A stretch of 64,000 nucleotides of DNA from Candidatus Magasanikiibacteriota bacterium (GCA_041665025.1 JBAYJP010000001.1:110555-174554), one strand, 5' to 3'. Numbered from the stretch's first letter, positions 1 to 10,013 are shown. A program made the numbers and translations. Notes: generated by a model not told the origin, from the letters alone.

Positions 1-2
1 TG

Positions 3-671
3 AAAGAAAGCAAACAACTCACATTTCAAAATACTAAGCCCGGGGGGAGAGTTAGTGGGGCCAAAACAATTGAAGGAAAAAATATATATAGGAAACAAAA
101 GCGTGTAGATTTTCAAAATGTGATCGACATTGAACGAGAGAAAACTATACTCAGAAGACTGCGCGGGGCAGGTCTTTTAGTTGAAGTCCCTTTTGAAGGT
201 GGTGACAATCGGAGTATGTTTGTATTTGACGAGGGAAAGGAAATACTCAAAGTATTACACACATTTGATAGAGAAAAACGCAAATTAATTTATTACCAGT
301 TAGGACAAGAATTAGCAAAAATTCATAACGTAGGGATCTTGCATGGTGACATGTCGCCACGAAATATTGTGTGTGATTCACACGGTAAAGTTTCGTTTAT
401 AGACTTTGAATTCGCCAAATATATAGATTCTCGAGAGCAACATACACACAAGACGGACCAAGAATATAATGAATGGTGTGCAGAGAAGATGGCTAAAGAA
501 GTAAGACAATTGGCAGTAGTATTATCTTTTGAAATGAATGACGGTGATGTCATCCAGGCTCTTTTAGAGGCCTATCTTAACGAAATGCACCCCGTAAATG
601 AAGAAATAAAACAACAATTATTGAAAAAAATTGATCTCATCAAACAACAAATTAAACCAAAACAAACGTGA
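3..671 (+). CDS. Protein kinase-like protein (Bud32/RIO/APH-like fold), 5' end truncated by the window
   Basis: Catalytic-loop-like HGDMSPRNIV and DFE motif; the frame is open back to position 3, so the true start lies upstream. Confidence 0.75.
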   Translation, partial: KESKQLTFQNTKPGGRVSGAKTIEGKNIYRKQKRVDFQNVIDIEREKTILRRLRGAGLLVEVPFEGGDNRSMFVFDEGKEILKVLHTFDREKRKLIYYQLGQELAKIHNVGILHGDMSPRNIVCDSHGKVSFIDFEFAKYIDSREQHTHKTDQEYNEWCAEKMAKEVRQLAVVLSFEMNDGDVIQALLEAYLNEMHPVNEEIKQQLLKKIDLIKQQIKPKQT

Positions 672-680
672 ACCATTTAT

Positions 681-863
681 ATGACAAACACCTGTGGTAC
701 AAATTCCTGCAACATGAACCATGATGGAGATGGAACTGTCCCAAAAAAACTTGAGGAAAAATGGAAAGATTTTATTGAAAAAAGCTGTTCATCCGTAGAT
801 TGCGCACGGAGATACACAACCAAGTGTTGTGTTTGGGGAGCTTTTGAAGAAAAACTCAACTAA
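681..863 (+). CDS. Small Cys-rich hypothetical protein (60 aa, 6 Cys)
   Basis: ATG ORF packed between co-directional genes with 9-bp and 2-bp gaps. Confidence 0.55.
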   Translation: MTNTCGTNSCNMNHDGDGTVPKKLEEKWKDFIEKSCSSVDCARRYTTKCCVWGAFEEKLN

Positions 864-865
864 TT

Positions 866-1057
866 ATGGATGGAAGCAAAAGAGAAAATATCAAACCTGG
901 AATGCACGTATCTATTGTGCTCAAAAAAGATCAACTAACTGAAAAGCTACTAGACGGTATTGTTCAGGATATCCTCACCAACTCCCCTACCCATCCACAT
1001 GGAATCAAAGTTAGACTAAAGACAGGTGAGGTGGGAAGGGTAAAAATTATAAGATGA
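866..1057 (+). CDS. YwbE family (DUF2196) protein
   Basis: IVLKKDQ...GIVQDILTNSPTHPHGIKVRLKTGEVGRV is the typical family signature. Confidence 0.9.
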   Translation: MDGSKRENIKPGMHVSIVLKKDQLTEKLLDGIVQDILTNSPTHPHGIKVRLKTGEVGRVKIIR

Positions 1058-1149
1058 GTAAACTCTTCATCTACCAACTGATAATATCATTTTGGTAGTC
1101 TACCAAAAATCTCAGTCTCATTCTTATTCTTAATCTTAATTTTTAATAT

Positions 1150-1839
1150 ATGAAAAACAAGACTAAGGGTATTCTCTTTATCATCATACCCATACTAGGC
1201 CTTGTATTTATTTTATCTGCCCACGCAGTGACCCAATTTATCCTCCAAAAAACAGAACCCGAAAGACAATACGTCAGTAATGACACGGGACAATTAAATG
1301 GAGTTGGTAACTCTATACAATTGGATATAGCATCATCGGCTGTTCAATTGGGACAATACAGCACGACGGCTACCATAGCACGCATTGTAAATATGGTGCT
1401 CGGTTTACTAGGTATAATTGCTGTTGTAGGAATCCTCATCGGTATTCCCATAGGAATTTATCTGATAACCAGGAAAGAATTTCCTCTCACTCCTGAACGA
1501 ATTTCCGAACTCCAAAAACAAGAAAAATATAAAATGCTTACCCCTGAACAAATACGGTATATCCACCAATGGTCGTGGGGTGCCTTTTTTGGACGATGGA
1601 TATGGTCGCTCGGAAATAAGCTGTACATGTGGACCCTAGGATTTTTAGTCCCTTTCTTCAATCTCTACGTGTGGATCAAACTTTCTATAGATGGCAGAAA
1701 AATGGCATGGGAACAAAAGGAGTGGGATTCATTTGAACAATTTAAGAAAAGACAAACCATAATAGTCTGGATATTAATTAGTCTTATTATCGCAGGACTT
1801 TTTGTCAGTCTTGTCCTCCCTGAAACAATGTCTTCATAG
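1150..1839 (+). CDS. Membrane protein with a WSWGAFF...GRKMAW module
   Basis: Several hydrophobic segments; C-terminal WxWGAF / GxxxAW / FxxxQ pattern. Confidence 0.7.
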   Translation: MKNKTKGILFIIIPILGLVFILSAHAVTQFILQKTEPERQYVSNDTGQLNGVGNSIQLDIASSAVQLGQYSTTATIARIVNMVLGLLGIIAVVGILIGIPIGIYLITRKEFPLTPERISELQKQEKYKMLTPEQIRYIHQWSWGAFFGRWIWSLGNKLYMWTLGFLVPFFNLYVWIKLSIDGRKMAWEQKEWDSFEQFKKRQTIIVWILISLIIAGLFVSLVLPETMSS

Positions 1840-1914
1840 TATCATATAGCACATTTCTATTTTTTTTGTTATACTATACGTGCCACACAAAAGTAATTTT
1901 GGCGAATTTAATGT

Positions 1915-2496
1915 ATGGACAATAAAGAAGTAGACAATCTTCTTCCTGAACAAAATATACCCTCGGAAATTCCACAGCCCGTGTTTCAACCTGATACATT
2001 TGTTAATGCTCCGCAAAAACAGGAAACACAACAACCCCAAAGCGAACAAAATCCACAACCCGCTGAAAACCAAGAACAATTACCCCAAAGAGAAATGCCA
2101 CAGAATGTCGAAATACAGCAAGAACAGACGATTGATGACAGAATAAGCTCTCTCAAACAAAAACTTCGCCTAAAAAAGAAAAAAATAACGCAAATCCCGC
2201 GCGTTCGTGATGAACTTACGGTGCGTGTTGAAGAAGTCATGCAAGAAGGGCTTGCCGATGCCTATCGAGAGCTCACTCCTATACAACAGCAGGAATTCAA
2301 AATAAAGGGAGAAGAAACAGCCTGGCAGATACGCCAACTTCTCAAAGAGACTCATATAAAAATAAAGGAAATTTTTAGGCTTCTTCTCGAGTGGCTAAAA
2401 ATGCTTCCTGGCATCAATAGATTTTTCCTTGAACAAGAAGCAAAAATTAAAGCAGACAAAATTATTACGCTTAAAGAATTCCATCAGGATAAGTAA
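1915..2496 (+). CDS. Hypothetical protein (Gln/Pro-rich N-terminus, helical C-terminus)
   Basis: 193-aa ORF directly upstream of the ATPase; C-terminal WLKMLPGINRFFLEQEAKIKAD looks like a conserved domain. Confidence 0.75.
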   Translation: MDNKEVDNLLPEQNIPSEIPQPVFQPDTFVNAPQKQETQQPQSEQNPQPAENQEQLPQREMPQNVEIQQEQTIDDRISSLKQKLRLKKKKITQIPRVRDELTVRVEEVMQEGLADAYRELTPIQQQEFKIKGEETAWQIRQLLKETHIKIKEIFRLLLEWLKMLPGINRFFLEQEAKIKADKIITLKEFHQDK

Positions 2497-2580
2497 TGGT
2501 ACTATTGTTATATTCGCCACATATAGATGATATATGATAGATGGTACATGCCCGTCTGTCATCTATCATTTATCATCCTT

Positions 2581-5166
2581 ATGCTCCCCTTTTTAACATT
2601 ACAGCTGTTCACTCAATCAGGGACTTTAATCGGAACGACAACCTCCAATGATGCAATGATTCTCAATCTGACTATTACCGGTTCAGCTATTTTGTTTGTG
2701 GTGAGCATTATTTTTATCATTCGTGCATTACTCACCCGAAAGATCTTTAAAATTAAACATGCATTTGACCGCGTCGTGCTGCAAATTCTCGTACCAAAAG
2801 AAAAAAAATCTGAAGGTGCGGGAAATTCGAACCAAGAAGAGCGGCTTGAACAAGTCAAAGAAGAAATTGGAATTACTGAAACGCTTTTTGCGTCAATTGC
2901 AGGCTTGCGCGCCGAACGTGGTATACGCAGATGGTTTCGCGGACGCAATGATCACGCCGCATTTGAAATTGTGGTGCATAATGGCCTTATTAATTTTTAT
3001 GTTGCCATTCCTCATCGTCTGAAAGCTTTTGTCGAACAACAAATCAACGCGCAATATCCATACGCCCATATTGAAGAAATTGTCGACTATAATATTTTTA
3101 CGCCAAAAAGTTCAATTACCAGTGCCTACCTCGTGGATAAAGAAGTTCATGTATTTCCTTTTAAGACCTATAAAAAAATGGATTCTGACCCGCTGTCCGG
3201 TGTTCTTAATGTGTTGGCCCGCGTCCAAGAACATAATAGTTCTGCTGCCATACAATTTGTCGTGCGCTCCGCACACAGAAAATGGCGTAGGAAAGGCGTA
3301 CGCATTGTACGCGAAGTGAAAAAAGGAGAAAGGTTTGAACGCGTGGCAAAACGTGGCTGGTTCCACCATATATTTCGCTATGCCTCAAAAGGACTTGGGG
3401 AACAATTTCGTGGAAAATCGAAAGATCCTTCGATGCAACAAAAAGAGCATTATCAGCTCTCGGCTATGGAAGAAGAAATGCTCAAAGGCATAGAAGAAAA
3501 ACTGTCCAAAGGAGGACTTGATGTTACCCTGCGATTACTCAGCTCATCGGACAGCGCCGATATTGCACGCATGAATCTCGACAACATGATTAATGGGTTT
3601 AGCCAATATAACTTGTATCGCTATGGCAATTCGTTTTCTGCAATCATTCCTCGCAATCAGCGTGTAGTTATACAAGATTTTATTTATCGCTCATTTCATG
3701 AAAACAGACACATGGTCCTAAATACCGAAGAAATGGCGGGGTTATGGCATCTTCCTCTCCATTCAACTGAAGCACCAAATATTAAATGGCTCTTAGCGCG
3801 CAAAGCACCTCCGCCGTCAAATTTACCGCGTGAAGGGCTTCTACTCGGACATATTCCGTATCGTGGACAAGATTATGAAGTGCATATGAAGGATGCGGAC
3901 AGACGACGCCACTTATATGTGATGGGAAAATCTGGCGGTGGAAAATCAGTATTTATCCAAGGCCTTGCCGTACAAGATATACAAGCAGGACATGGGGTTT
4001 GTGTAGTAGACCCGCATGGTGATTTTGCTGAATATGTGCTCCAGCACGTTCCCAAAGAACGCGCAGATGATGTTATTATTTTTGACCCATCTGACACGAG
4101 CCGTCCGGTCGGGCTCAATATGCTTGAAGCAAAAACTGAAGACCAAAAAGATTATGCCGTGCAAGAAATGATTGGGATTTTCTACAAATTGTTCCCGCCA
4201 GAGATGATCGGCCCGATGTTTGAGCATCAAATGCGCAATGTCATGCTTACCCTCATGGCAGATATTGAAAACCCCGGAACAATTATTGATATTCCACGCA
4301 TGTTTACTGATGATGATTATGTAAAAATTTATTTGAAAAAATTAAAAGATCCTGTGGTGCGAGCGTTTTGGGAAAAAGAAATGGCAAAGACATCAGATTT
4401 TCATAAATCAGAAATGTTGGGTTATCTTATTTCCAAAGTAGGCCGATTTGTCGAAAATGACATGATGCGCAATATCATGGGACAACAGCATTCGGGATTT
4501 GACTTCCGCGATGTCATGGATAAACAAAAAATTCTTATTGTAAATCTTGCAAAAGGAAAAACAGGAGAAGTGAACGCCAAGCTCCTTGGTCTTATTGTGG
4601 TGGCAAAACTCCAAATGGCTGCTATGGGACGCGCAGAATTACCCGAGGATCAGCGTAAAGATTTTTATCTCTATATTGATGAGTTCCAAAACTTTATTAC
4701 CGATTCAATCGCGACCATTTTGTCTGAAGCGCGCAAATACCGCCTGGATCTCATTATCGCGCATCAATACTTAGGACAATTGACTGATGACAAAGGAAAA
4801 CCTGAAATTCGTGATGCAGTACTTGGAAATGCAGGCACTATGTGCGTATTTCGCATAGGTCCAGAGGATTCAGAAATTTTTGCAAAAGAATTTGCACCAA
4901 CATTTGGCGCATATGATCTTATGAACGTTGAAAAATTTACGTGCAACACCAAACTTTTGGTTGACAACGAAGCGTTGAAGCCTTTCAACATGAATGTATA
5001 CCCGCCTGAACGTGGAAATGTCCAGCTTGGCGAAGCAATCAAACAGCTTTCACGCCTTAAGTTCGGCCGCGACCGCAGTATTGTCGAAGCTGAAATTCTT
5101 GAACGTACAAAACTTGATCAGGGAGTTAGCGAGAGCAAAGATGATATGATTGAAGCGAGTCTTTAA
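2581..5166 (+). CDS. VirD4/TraG/HerA-like (DUF87) membrane-anchored P-loop ATPase
   Basis: N-terminal TM helix, Walker A GKSGGGKS, VVDPHGD, Walker B YIDEFQNF, SEARKY...AHQYLGQL; start uncertain (2527-2581). Confidence 0.88.
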   Translation: MLPFLTLQLFTQSGTLIGTTTSNDAMILNLTITGSAILFVVSIIFIIRALLTRKIFKIKHAFDRVVLQILVPKEKKSEGAGNSNQEERLEQVKEEIGITETLFASIAGLRAERGIRRWFRGRNDHAAFEIVVHNGLINFYVAIPHRLKAFVEQQINAQYPYAHIEEIVDYNIFTPKSSITSAYLVDKEVHVFPFKTYKKMDSDPLSGVLNVLARVQEHNSSAAIQFVVRSAHRKWRRKGVRIVREVKKGERFERVAKRGWFHHIFRYASKGLGEQFRGKSKDPSMQQKEHYQLSAMEEEMLKGIEEKLSKGGLDVTLRLLSSSDSADIARMNLDNMINGFSQYNLYRYGNSFSAIIPRNQRVVIQDFIYRSFHENRHMVLNTEEMAGLWHLPLHSTEAPNIKWLLARKAPPPSNLPREGLLLGHIPYRGQDYEVHMKDADRRRHLYVMGKSGGGKSVFIQGLAVQDIQAGHGVCVVDPHGDFAEYVLQHVPKERADDVIIFDPSDTSRPVGLNMLEAKTEDQKDYAVQEMIGIFYKLFPPEMIGPMFEHQMRNVMLTLMADIENPGTIIDIPRMFTDDDYVKIYLKKLKDPVVRAFWEKEMAKTSDFHKSEMLGYLISKVGRFVENDMMRNIMGQQHSGFDFRDVMDKQKILIVNLAKGKTGEVNAKLLGLIVVAKLQMAAMGRAELPEDQRKDFYLYIDEFQNFITDSIATILSEARKYRLDLIIAHQYLGQLTDDKGKPEIRDAVLGNAGTMCVFRIGPEDSEIFAKEFAPTFGAYDLMNVEKFTCNTKLLVDNEALKPFNMNVYPPERGNVQLGEAIKQLSRLKFGRDRSIVEAEILERTKLDQGVSESKDDMIEASL

Positions 5167-5169
5167 ACC

Positions 5170-5208
5170 AGCTTTCTAGGCTATTTTGGCTATCTAAGTC
5201 TTCTGAGC
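5170..5208. repeat. Left arm of a 9-nt-periodic imperfect inverted repeat around the four-helix-bundle gene
   Basis: agctttctaggctattttggctatctaagtcttctgagc is the imperfect reverse complement of 5584-5622. Confidence 0.75.
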
Positions 5209-5220
5209 ACAAACAACGAT

Positions 5221-5574
5221 ATGGGAAATTACAAAAAACTTGATATATATCAACGTTCATTTCGTGCATCTATAGCCATATATAAATTGTCACTAGAATT
5301 GCCGAAATATTTACAATATGACATTGCCGATGACCTGAGAAGAGCTGCCCGATCCATTCCTTCAAATATCGCCGAAGGATTTGGACGAAACAAGTCAGAT
5401 AAGGATAAAATAAATTTCTTAAGAACATCTTTGGGGTCAAATGATGAAGTATTATTTAATCTTGAATTTATAAAAGAATTAAAATTGATTGATGATGAAC
5501 GACATAATAAAGCAACTATCGAATATAATAAAATTGGTTCTGGCATTATCCACTTAATAGAGGCAATAAATTAA
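5221..5574 (+). CDS. Four helix bundle protein (23S rRNA IVP / bAvd-like family)
   Basis: YKKLDIYQRS...DLRRAARSIPSNIAEGFGR...FLRTSLGSNDE. Confidence 0.92.
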   Translation: MGNYKKLDIYQRSFRASIAIYKLSLELPKYLQYDIADDLRRAARSIPSNIAEGFGRNKSDKDKINFLRTSLGSNDEVLFNLEFIKELKLIDDERHNKATIEYNKIGSGIIHLIEAIN

Positions 5575-5583
5575 AATACAAAA

Positions 5584-5622
5584 GCTGAGAAAGCCTAGAT
5601 AGCTTAGAAAACTAAGATGGCT
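5584..5622. repeat. Right arm of the inverted repeat around the four-helix-bundle gene
   Basis: gctgagaaagcctagatagcttagaaaactaagatggct. Confidence 0.75.
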
Positions 5623-5666
5623 AAAAATTATCCCCCTCTCGTCCACACTTCATCCCCTTTCATCGC

Positions 5667-5695
5667 CTGACACTGTCGGCGTTTTTTGTTATAAT
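5667..5695 (+). promoter_or_regulatory. Putative sigma70 promoter
   Basis: CTGACA-17 bp-TATAAT with TG extension, upstream of the ORF at 5729. Confidence 0.5.
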
Positions 5696-5728
5696 TTCAA
5701 AACTAAACACCAATAACAAACACCCCCT

Positions 5729-6442
5729 ATGAACCAGATATCTAATATTCTCACGGACAGAATAAATAATTTTTTAGATGAAATACATGTACCCACATCT
5801 GCTGTGGCACAAGAGTCGGTTCATACTTCTCCCCTCTCTATTTCTATAGAGCCAACTGAAGTTCCACAAGCTTCCACACAAACACCTGATTTCAAACAGA
5901 CTATTACACAATCGCTGTACCGCATAAAAGATGAGATAGAAAAACTTCTAAGAACTCTGCAACAAAGTGAAGCACCCATTGAATCAACTTCCACGCATAA
6001 ACCATTTGTATTCTCTAGTCAACAAACACCAGCAATCAATACATTCACTGCATCGGATGAAAAGATAATTGAGGGCGTCTTTAATGGACAAAAAATGATT
6101 GGCCCGGATGGGACTGAATACGCGGTCCCTCCCAATTACGCAAGCAAATCAAAGCTCGTTGAGGGTGATATGATGAAACTCATCATAACCAGAGAAGGTA
6201 GATTTTTATTCAAACAAATCGGCCCTATTGTCCGCAAACGCGTGATAGGAAAACTTATGTTTGATACCGCACAACAACTATGGTCTGTCGTGCTTGAAGA
6301 TAGACATTACAAAATTTTAACCGCTTCAGCTACCTTTTATAAGGGCAACCCTGGCGACCAGGTCGTAATGTTCATCCCCGAGGACGGACAAAGTGAGTGG
6401 GGCGCGGTTGAGAATATTATCCATTCTTCTTATAGTATATAA
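5729..6442 (+). CDS. Conserved hypothetical protein
   Basis: C-terminal IIEGVFNGQKMIGPDG.EY.VPPNYASKSKLVEGD domain after a low-complexity linker. Confidence 0.75.
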   Translation: MNQISNILTDRINNFLDEIHVPTSAVAQESVHTSPLSISIEPTEVPQASTQTPDFKQTITQSLYRIKDEIEKLLRTLQQSEAPIESTSTHKPFVFSSQQTPAINTFTASDEKIIEGVFNGQKMIGPDGTEYAVPPNYASKSKLVEGDMMKLIITREGRFLFKQIGPIVRKRVIGKLMFDTAQQLWSVVLEDRHYKILTASATFYKGNPGDQVVMFIPEDGQSEWGAVENIIHSSYSI

Positions 6443-6517
6443 ATCTATACATATTTTGTCTTTAAAACCCTGTACCGTCCTGGTACAGGGTTATTTTTGG
6501 GATGATATGGTCAAATA

Positions 6518-6545
6518 AAAGCACCCCGTTATTCGGGATGCTTTA
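6518..6545 (-). terminator. Intrinsic terminator of the SWIB gene
   Basis: aaagcaccccg-ttatt-cgggatgcttt hairpin with A/T tails, between convergent genes. Confidence 0.6.
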
Positions 6546-6562
6546 ATGTGCTAAAGTGAAAA

Positions 6563-6817
6563 CTAACTCAAATGTGTTGAAACCAATTTTGTCATTTCAA
6601 ACATGTTTACTTCTTTTTTACCAAAGATAGGAAGTAAAAGATCATCTGCAAAGATATTTCGTTTGTTTGCTGGATTCTGTAAATTATTCTTTTTGATGTA
6701 TTCCCAAAGTTTCTTAACAACCTGTGAACGTGGCATTGGGCCCTTTCCGACGACTGCTTCTAAATCAGCAGTTAATGTCATCGGTTTGAGCAAAGCTGGA
6801 TTTGCTTTACGTGGCAT
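6563..6817 (-). CDS. Stand-alone SWIB/MDM2 domain protein
   Basis: L.AVVG..PMPRSQVVKKLWEYIKKNNLQNPANKRNI.AD..L..IFG...VNMFEMTKLVSTHL. Confidence 0.93.
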   Translation of the reverse strand: MPRKANPALLKPMTLTADLEAVVGKGPMPRSQVVKKLWEYIKKNNLQNPANKRNIFADDLLLPIFGKKEVNMFEMTKLVSTHLS

Positions 6818-7032
6818 ATACGTTAATGTTAAAAATTATTGCCCTTATTAATTATCCACAGTATACCATAGAGGGGCAAAACGTGCAATGGCGTGGTCAA
6901 GTAAGAGGGGTTTACCAGAAGCTACAATTGGGATATACTATCTACGCGAAAACGACCAATTTCTAGATACCAATTTCCAAACTTTCTTAATTTTTTTAAA
7001 AATTCGAAATTCAAAATTTAAACTTCTTCTTT

Positions 7033-8613
7033 ATGGCACTTTATCTTGATTACCGCCCACAGCAATTTGATGACATTATAGGGCAGGCACATATCATTAC
7101 TACGCTAAAAAACCAGGTTTTACGCCAAAAAACAGCTCATGCGTACCTTTTTTCTGGTCCTCGAGGCGTTGGCAAAACTACGACTGCCCGCATTTTGGCT
7201 AAAGCGCTGAATTGTGAAAAAAGAAAAGAAAACTCGTACGAACCGTGCAATGAATGTGAATCGTGCAAAGAGATCAGCGAGACGCGATCTATAGACGTCA
7301 TCGAGATAGATGCCGCGAGTCATACAGGTGTGGATAATGTGCGGGAAAATATTATTGAAAATGCTCAATTTAAACCTACCAAATCAAAAAATAAAATATT
7401 TATTATAGACGAAGTACACATGCTCTCTACCGCGTCTTTTAATGCACTTCTAAAAACTCTTGAGGAACCACCCGCATATGTTAGCTTTATTCTCGCAACC
7501 ACTGATTCACACAAACTTCCCGCGACTATTATCTCCCGGTGTCAGCGATTCAACTATTCCAAAGTCCCCGACGATGACATGAAGTCATATATCAAATCAA
7601 TTGCAAAAAAAGAAGGAATAAAAATTGATGATGAGGTAATTGCGCGCATCACACGCAAAAGCGAAGGATGCGCGCGTGATGCAGTTGGGTTGCTCGATCA
7701 AATTATGGCTTCGGGCGAAAAACATATTACCGAGGATGTAGCTTCTCTTGTCTTGCCTACCACGCATATTGAACTACAGCTTGATTTTGCTGAACAGCTT
7801 ATTTTGAAGCAAAAAGAACAAGGTCTTACCACATTGCGAACTTTGGCAAGTGATGGCGTGAGCTTGCCTCATTTTGCCGAAGATCTTATTGAGCTCCTGC
7901 GCGTCATTATGATTGGATGCATTGATATAAAACTATCAGAAAAAGAACTAGACCTCCCCAAAGACGCGTTTAAACGAGTATTAGAACTTACCAAGTCCAT
8001 AAACTCTGTCCAAATGGTACGCCTTATTGATCTCGCATTGAAACGGACAAATGAAATTCGCAATTCCCCTCTTCCCCAACTCCCATTGGAAATGCTTGTG
8101 ATTGAGTGGTGTATGAGTGATGAAGACAACGACCAGGGAACGACGACCAGGGAACAAAAAACCCCAATAAAATCATCGGATACAAAAACGAGTACAACTC
8201 AAAAGACAATGCTGCAAGATAATACCACTTCATCAATAACACAACCAGAAAATCAAACTGATGTTGCAATAGTTAAAAATAACGATACTCAGATCAATTC
8301 CGAACAAGCAAAAAAGGCATGGGAGTCATGCGTTGATGAAATATCCAAGCAAATGCCTTCTTTTGGCTTTATCCTCAAAATGTCTGAATTTGAGTGTGTC
8401 GAAGGGAACTTAATAAAAATTCTTGCGAATTATACATTTCACAAAGATAAAATCACTGAAAAACCAATTCGCGAAAAAATTGAATCGTTGCTCAGCGCCA
8501 TTCTCAAAACACCCGTGCGAATAGAAGTAAATGTCAAAGACGGAGCAATACAGCAACAAGAAACACAGGAGTTGCAAGAACTTGCGACGATGCTGGGTGG
8601 TGAAGTTGTTTAA
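7033..8613 (+). CDS. dnaX: DNA polymerase III subunit gamma/tau
   Basis: YRPQQF, HAYLFSGPRGVGKTT, C4 zinc module, IIDEVHML, SRCQ. Confidence 0.97.
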   Translation: MALYLDYRPQQFDDIIGQAHIITTLKNQVLRQKTAHAYLFSGPRGVGKTTTARILAKALNCEKRKENSYEPCNECESCKEISETRSIDVIEIDAASHTGVDNVRENIIENAQFKPTKSKNKIFIIDEVHMLSTASFNALLKTLEEPPAYVSFILATTDSHKLPATIISRCQRFNYSKVPDDDMKSYIKSIAKKEGIKIDDEVIARITRKSEGCARDAVGLLDQIMASGEKHITEDVASLVLPTTHIELQLDFAEQLILKQKEQGLTTLRTLASDGVSLPHFAEDLIELLRVIMIGCIDIKLSEKELDLPKDAFKRVLELTKSINSVQMVRLIDLALKRTNEIRNSPLPQLPLEMLVIEWCMSDEDNDQGTTTREQKTPIKSSDTKTSTTQKTMLQDNTTSSITQPENQTDVAIVKNNDTQINSEQAKKAWESCVDEISKQMPSFGFILKMSEFECVEGNLIKILANYTFHKDKITEKPIREKIESLLSAILKTPVRIEVNVKDGAIQQQETQELQELATMLGGEVV

Positions 8614-8631
8614 ATAATCTCATCGCGTATA

Positions 8632-8735
8632 CAACTCAAAAGTCAAATCTCAAAACTCAAATTTGGAACTCAAAACCTGTAAACTTTTAAGTTTGAAGTT
8701 TATATTTTGACTTTTGACATTTGAATTTTGAATTA
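8632..8735. repeat. Intergenic palindrome with 7-nt periodic arms (tcaaaag/cttttga family)
   Basis: caactcaaaagtcaaatctcaaaactcaaa...ttttgacttttgacatttgaattttgaa; related copies at 54130 and 55152. Confidence 0.8.
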
Positions 8736-8757
8736 TTTGATGGTGAATTAGAAATTT

Positions 8758-9744
8758 ATGAAATATAATTTTTTAATTTCATTAGCATTAGCTTTGTCTC
8801 TTACACCTATATCTCTGCATGCAGCCAATCTGCCTGTTCCTTTTTCTTCCCAAGCGCCACAAGGCAGATGGGTTGAACCCTGGAAAAATGCATGTGAAGA
8901 AGCTTCTACCATGCTCGTTGATCTATTTTATTATGGATACACAAGTAAACAAGTAGACGCCGATGGCGCAACAAAACTCATTTCTCTGTTAGTAAAGCTC
9001 GAAAATAACCATTTTGGGTTTAACAAAGATACCAATGCGGTACAAATCACAGAACTTATCAATTTATACCTACCGTGGGAAGCGTATATTGTAGAAAATC
9101 CAACTCTAGAACAACTCAAAGCAGAAATTGATAATGGACACCCTATATTATTTCCAGTACATGGACGCGATTTGCGTAATCCTCATTACAATACAGATCA
9201 AATTGATTACCATGTGTTTGTGATTAGCGGGTATGATGATGAGAAAAAAGAATTCATTGCACAAGAAGTAGCAACACAGTTTGGTATTGACTTTCGCTAC
9301 TCATATGATACAATCATGACCGCAATGCACGACTTTTTACCCAGAGATAAAACATATCTAGGAAGAAAGGTTGCCATATTTACCCGCAAAGAACTTATTG
9401 ATTCTGGAGCAACTGATGGAGACAAAGATGGACTCACAAAACGTGATGAAATTGAACTAGGGACAATACTGTATTATGCAGATAGCGACGGAGATGGATT
9501 TAATGACGGGCTGGAAGTTGCCAACGGCTATTCCCCTACAGTAAATGAAACAAAACTGGGCAATAATGCACTTATCAAAACAAACGGAAGTCCTGATGTA
9601 TTTCTCTTAGACAACGGAAAAACACAAAAAATTGTATCAGAACAAGTATTACAAAATCATGGATGGAAGTGGCAGGATGTGAAGACAATAAGTAAGAAAT
9701 TTTTTGAGACGAAATTGATTTTGGGAACGGATATTACAGAATAA
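8758..9744 (+). CDS. Secreted C39-like peptidase with DxDxDG Ca-binding repeats
   Basis: Signal peptide, VPFSSQAP...NACEEAS, YHVFVISGYD, DGDKDGL and DSDGDGFNDG. Confidence 0.8.
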   Translation: MKYNFLISLALALSLTPISLHAANLPVPFSSQAPQGRWVEPWKNACEEASTMLVDLFYYGYTSKQVDADGATKLISLLVKLENNHFGFNKDTNAVQITELINLYLPWEAYIVENPTLEQLKAEIDNGHPILFPVHGRDLRNPHYNTDQIDYHVFVISGYDDEKKEFIAQEVATQFGIDFRYSYDTIMTAMHDFLPRDKTYLGRKVAIFTRKELIDSGATDGDKDGLTKRDEIELGTILYYADSDGDGFNDGLEVANGYSPTVNETKLGNNALIKTNGSPDVFLLDNGKTQKIVSEQVLQNHGWKWQDVKTISKKFFETKLILGTDITE

Positions 9745-9751
9745 AAACCAT

Positions 9752-9822
9752 TCGGAGATCGTCTAATGGTAGGACAGCAGACTCTGAATCTGCTTATCCT
9801 GGTTCGAATCCAGGCCTCCGAG
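9752..9822 (+). tRNA. tRNA-Gln (anticodon CUG), CCA not encoded
   Basis: Acceptor tcggaga/cctccga, D arm gtc-taatggtag-gac, anticodon arm gcaga-ctCTGaa-tctgc, T arm cctgg-ttcgaat-ccagg. Confidence 0.93.
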
Positions 9823-9833
9823 CTACTAAATGT

Positions 9834-9989
9834 AGTAGACTCTTCCGCCAGAGGCGGACCAGCCTTGGGCTGGGAATCCATTTATCTTGCCTGCCCGCCG
9901 AAATGGAGGGGTTCAAATCCAAGTCCTCGAGCAAATCTGCTTATCCTGCCTGTCCGCCTTTGGCGGAGTGAGAATCCAGGCCTCCGAGC
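9834..9989 (+). pseudogene. Two degenerate copies of the tRNA-Gln 3' portion, interrupted by GC-rich palindromes
   Basis: agtagactct[ins]gaatccatttatcttg[ins]gttcaaatccaagtcctcgagc and aatctgcttatcctg[ins]gaatccaggcctccgagc. Confidence 0.7.
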
Positions 9990-9990
9990 A

Positions 9991-10013
9991 AAAATCCCCT
10001 CTTCGGGGATTTT
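9991..10013. terminator. Bidirectional terminator; also direct repeat copy 1
   Basis: aaaatcccc-tcttc-ggggatttt, identical to 12722-12744. Confidence 0.75.

Noticed and set aside
5221-5574. bAvd-like gene as a sign of a diversity-generating retroelement or a 23S IVS
   Set aside because: No reverse transcriptase, no TR/VR pair with adenine-specific mismatches and no rRNA sequence in the window.
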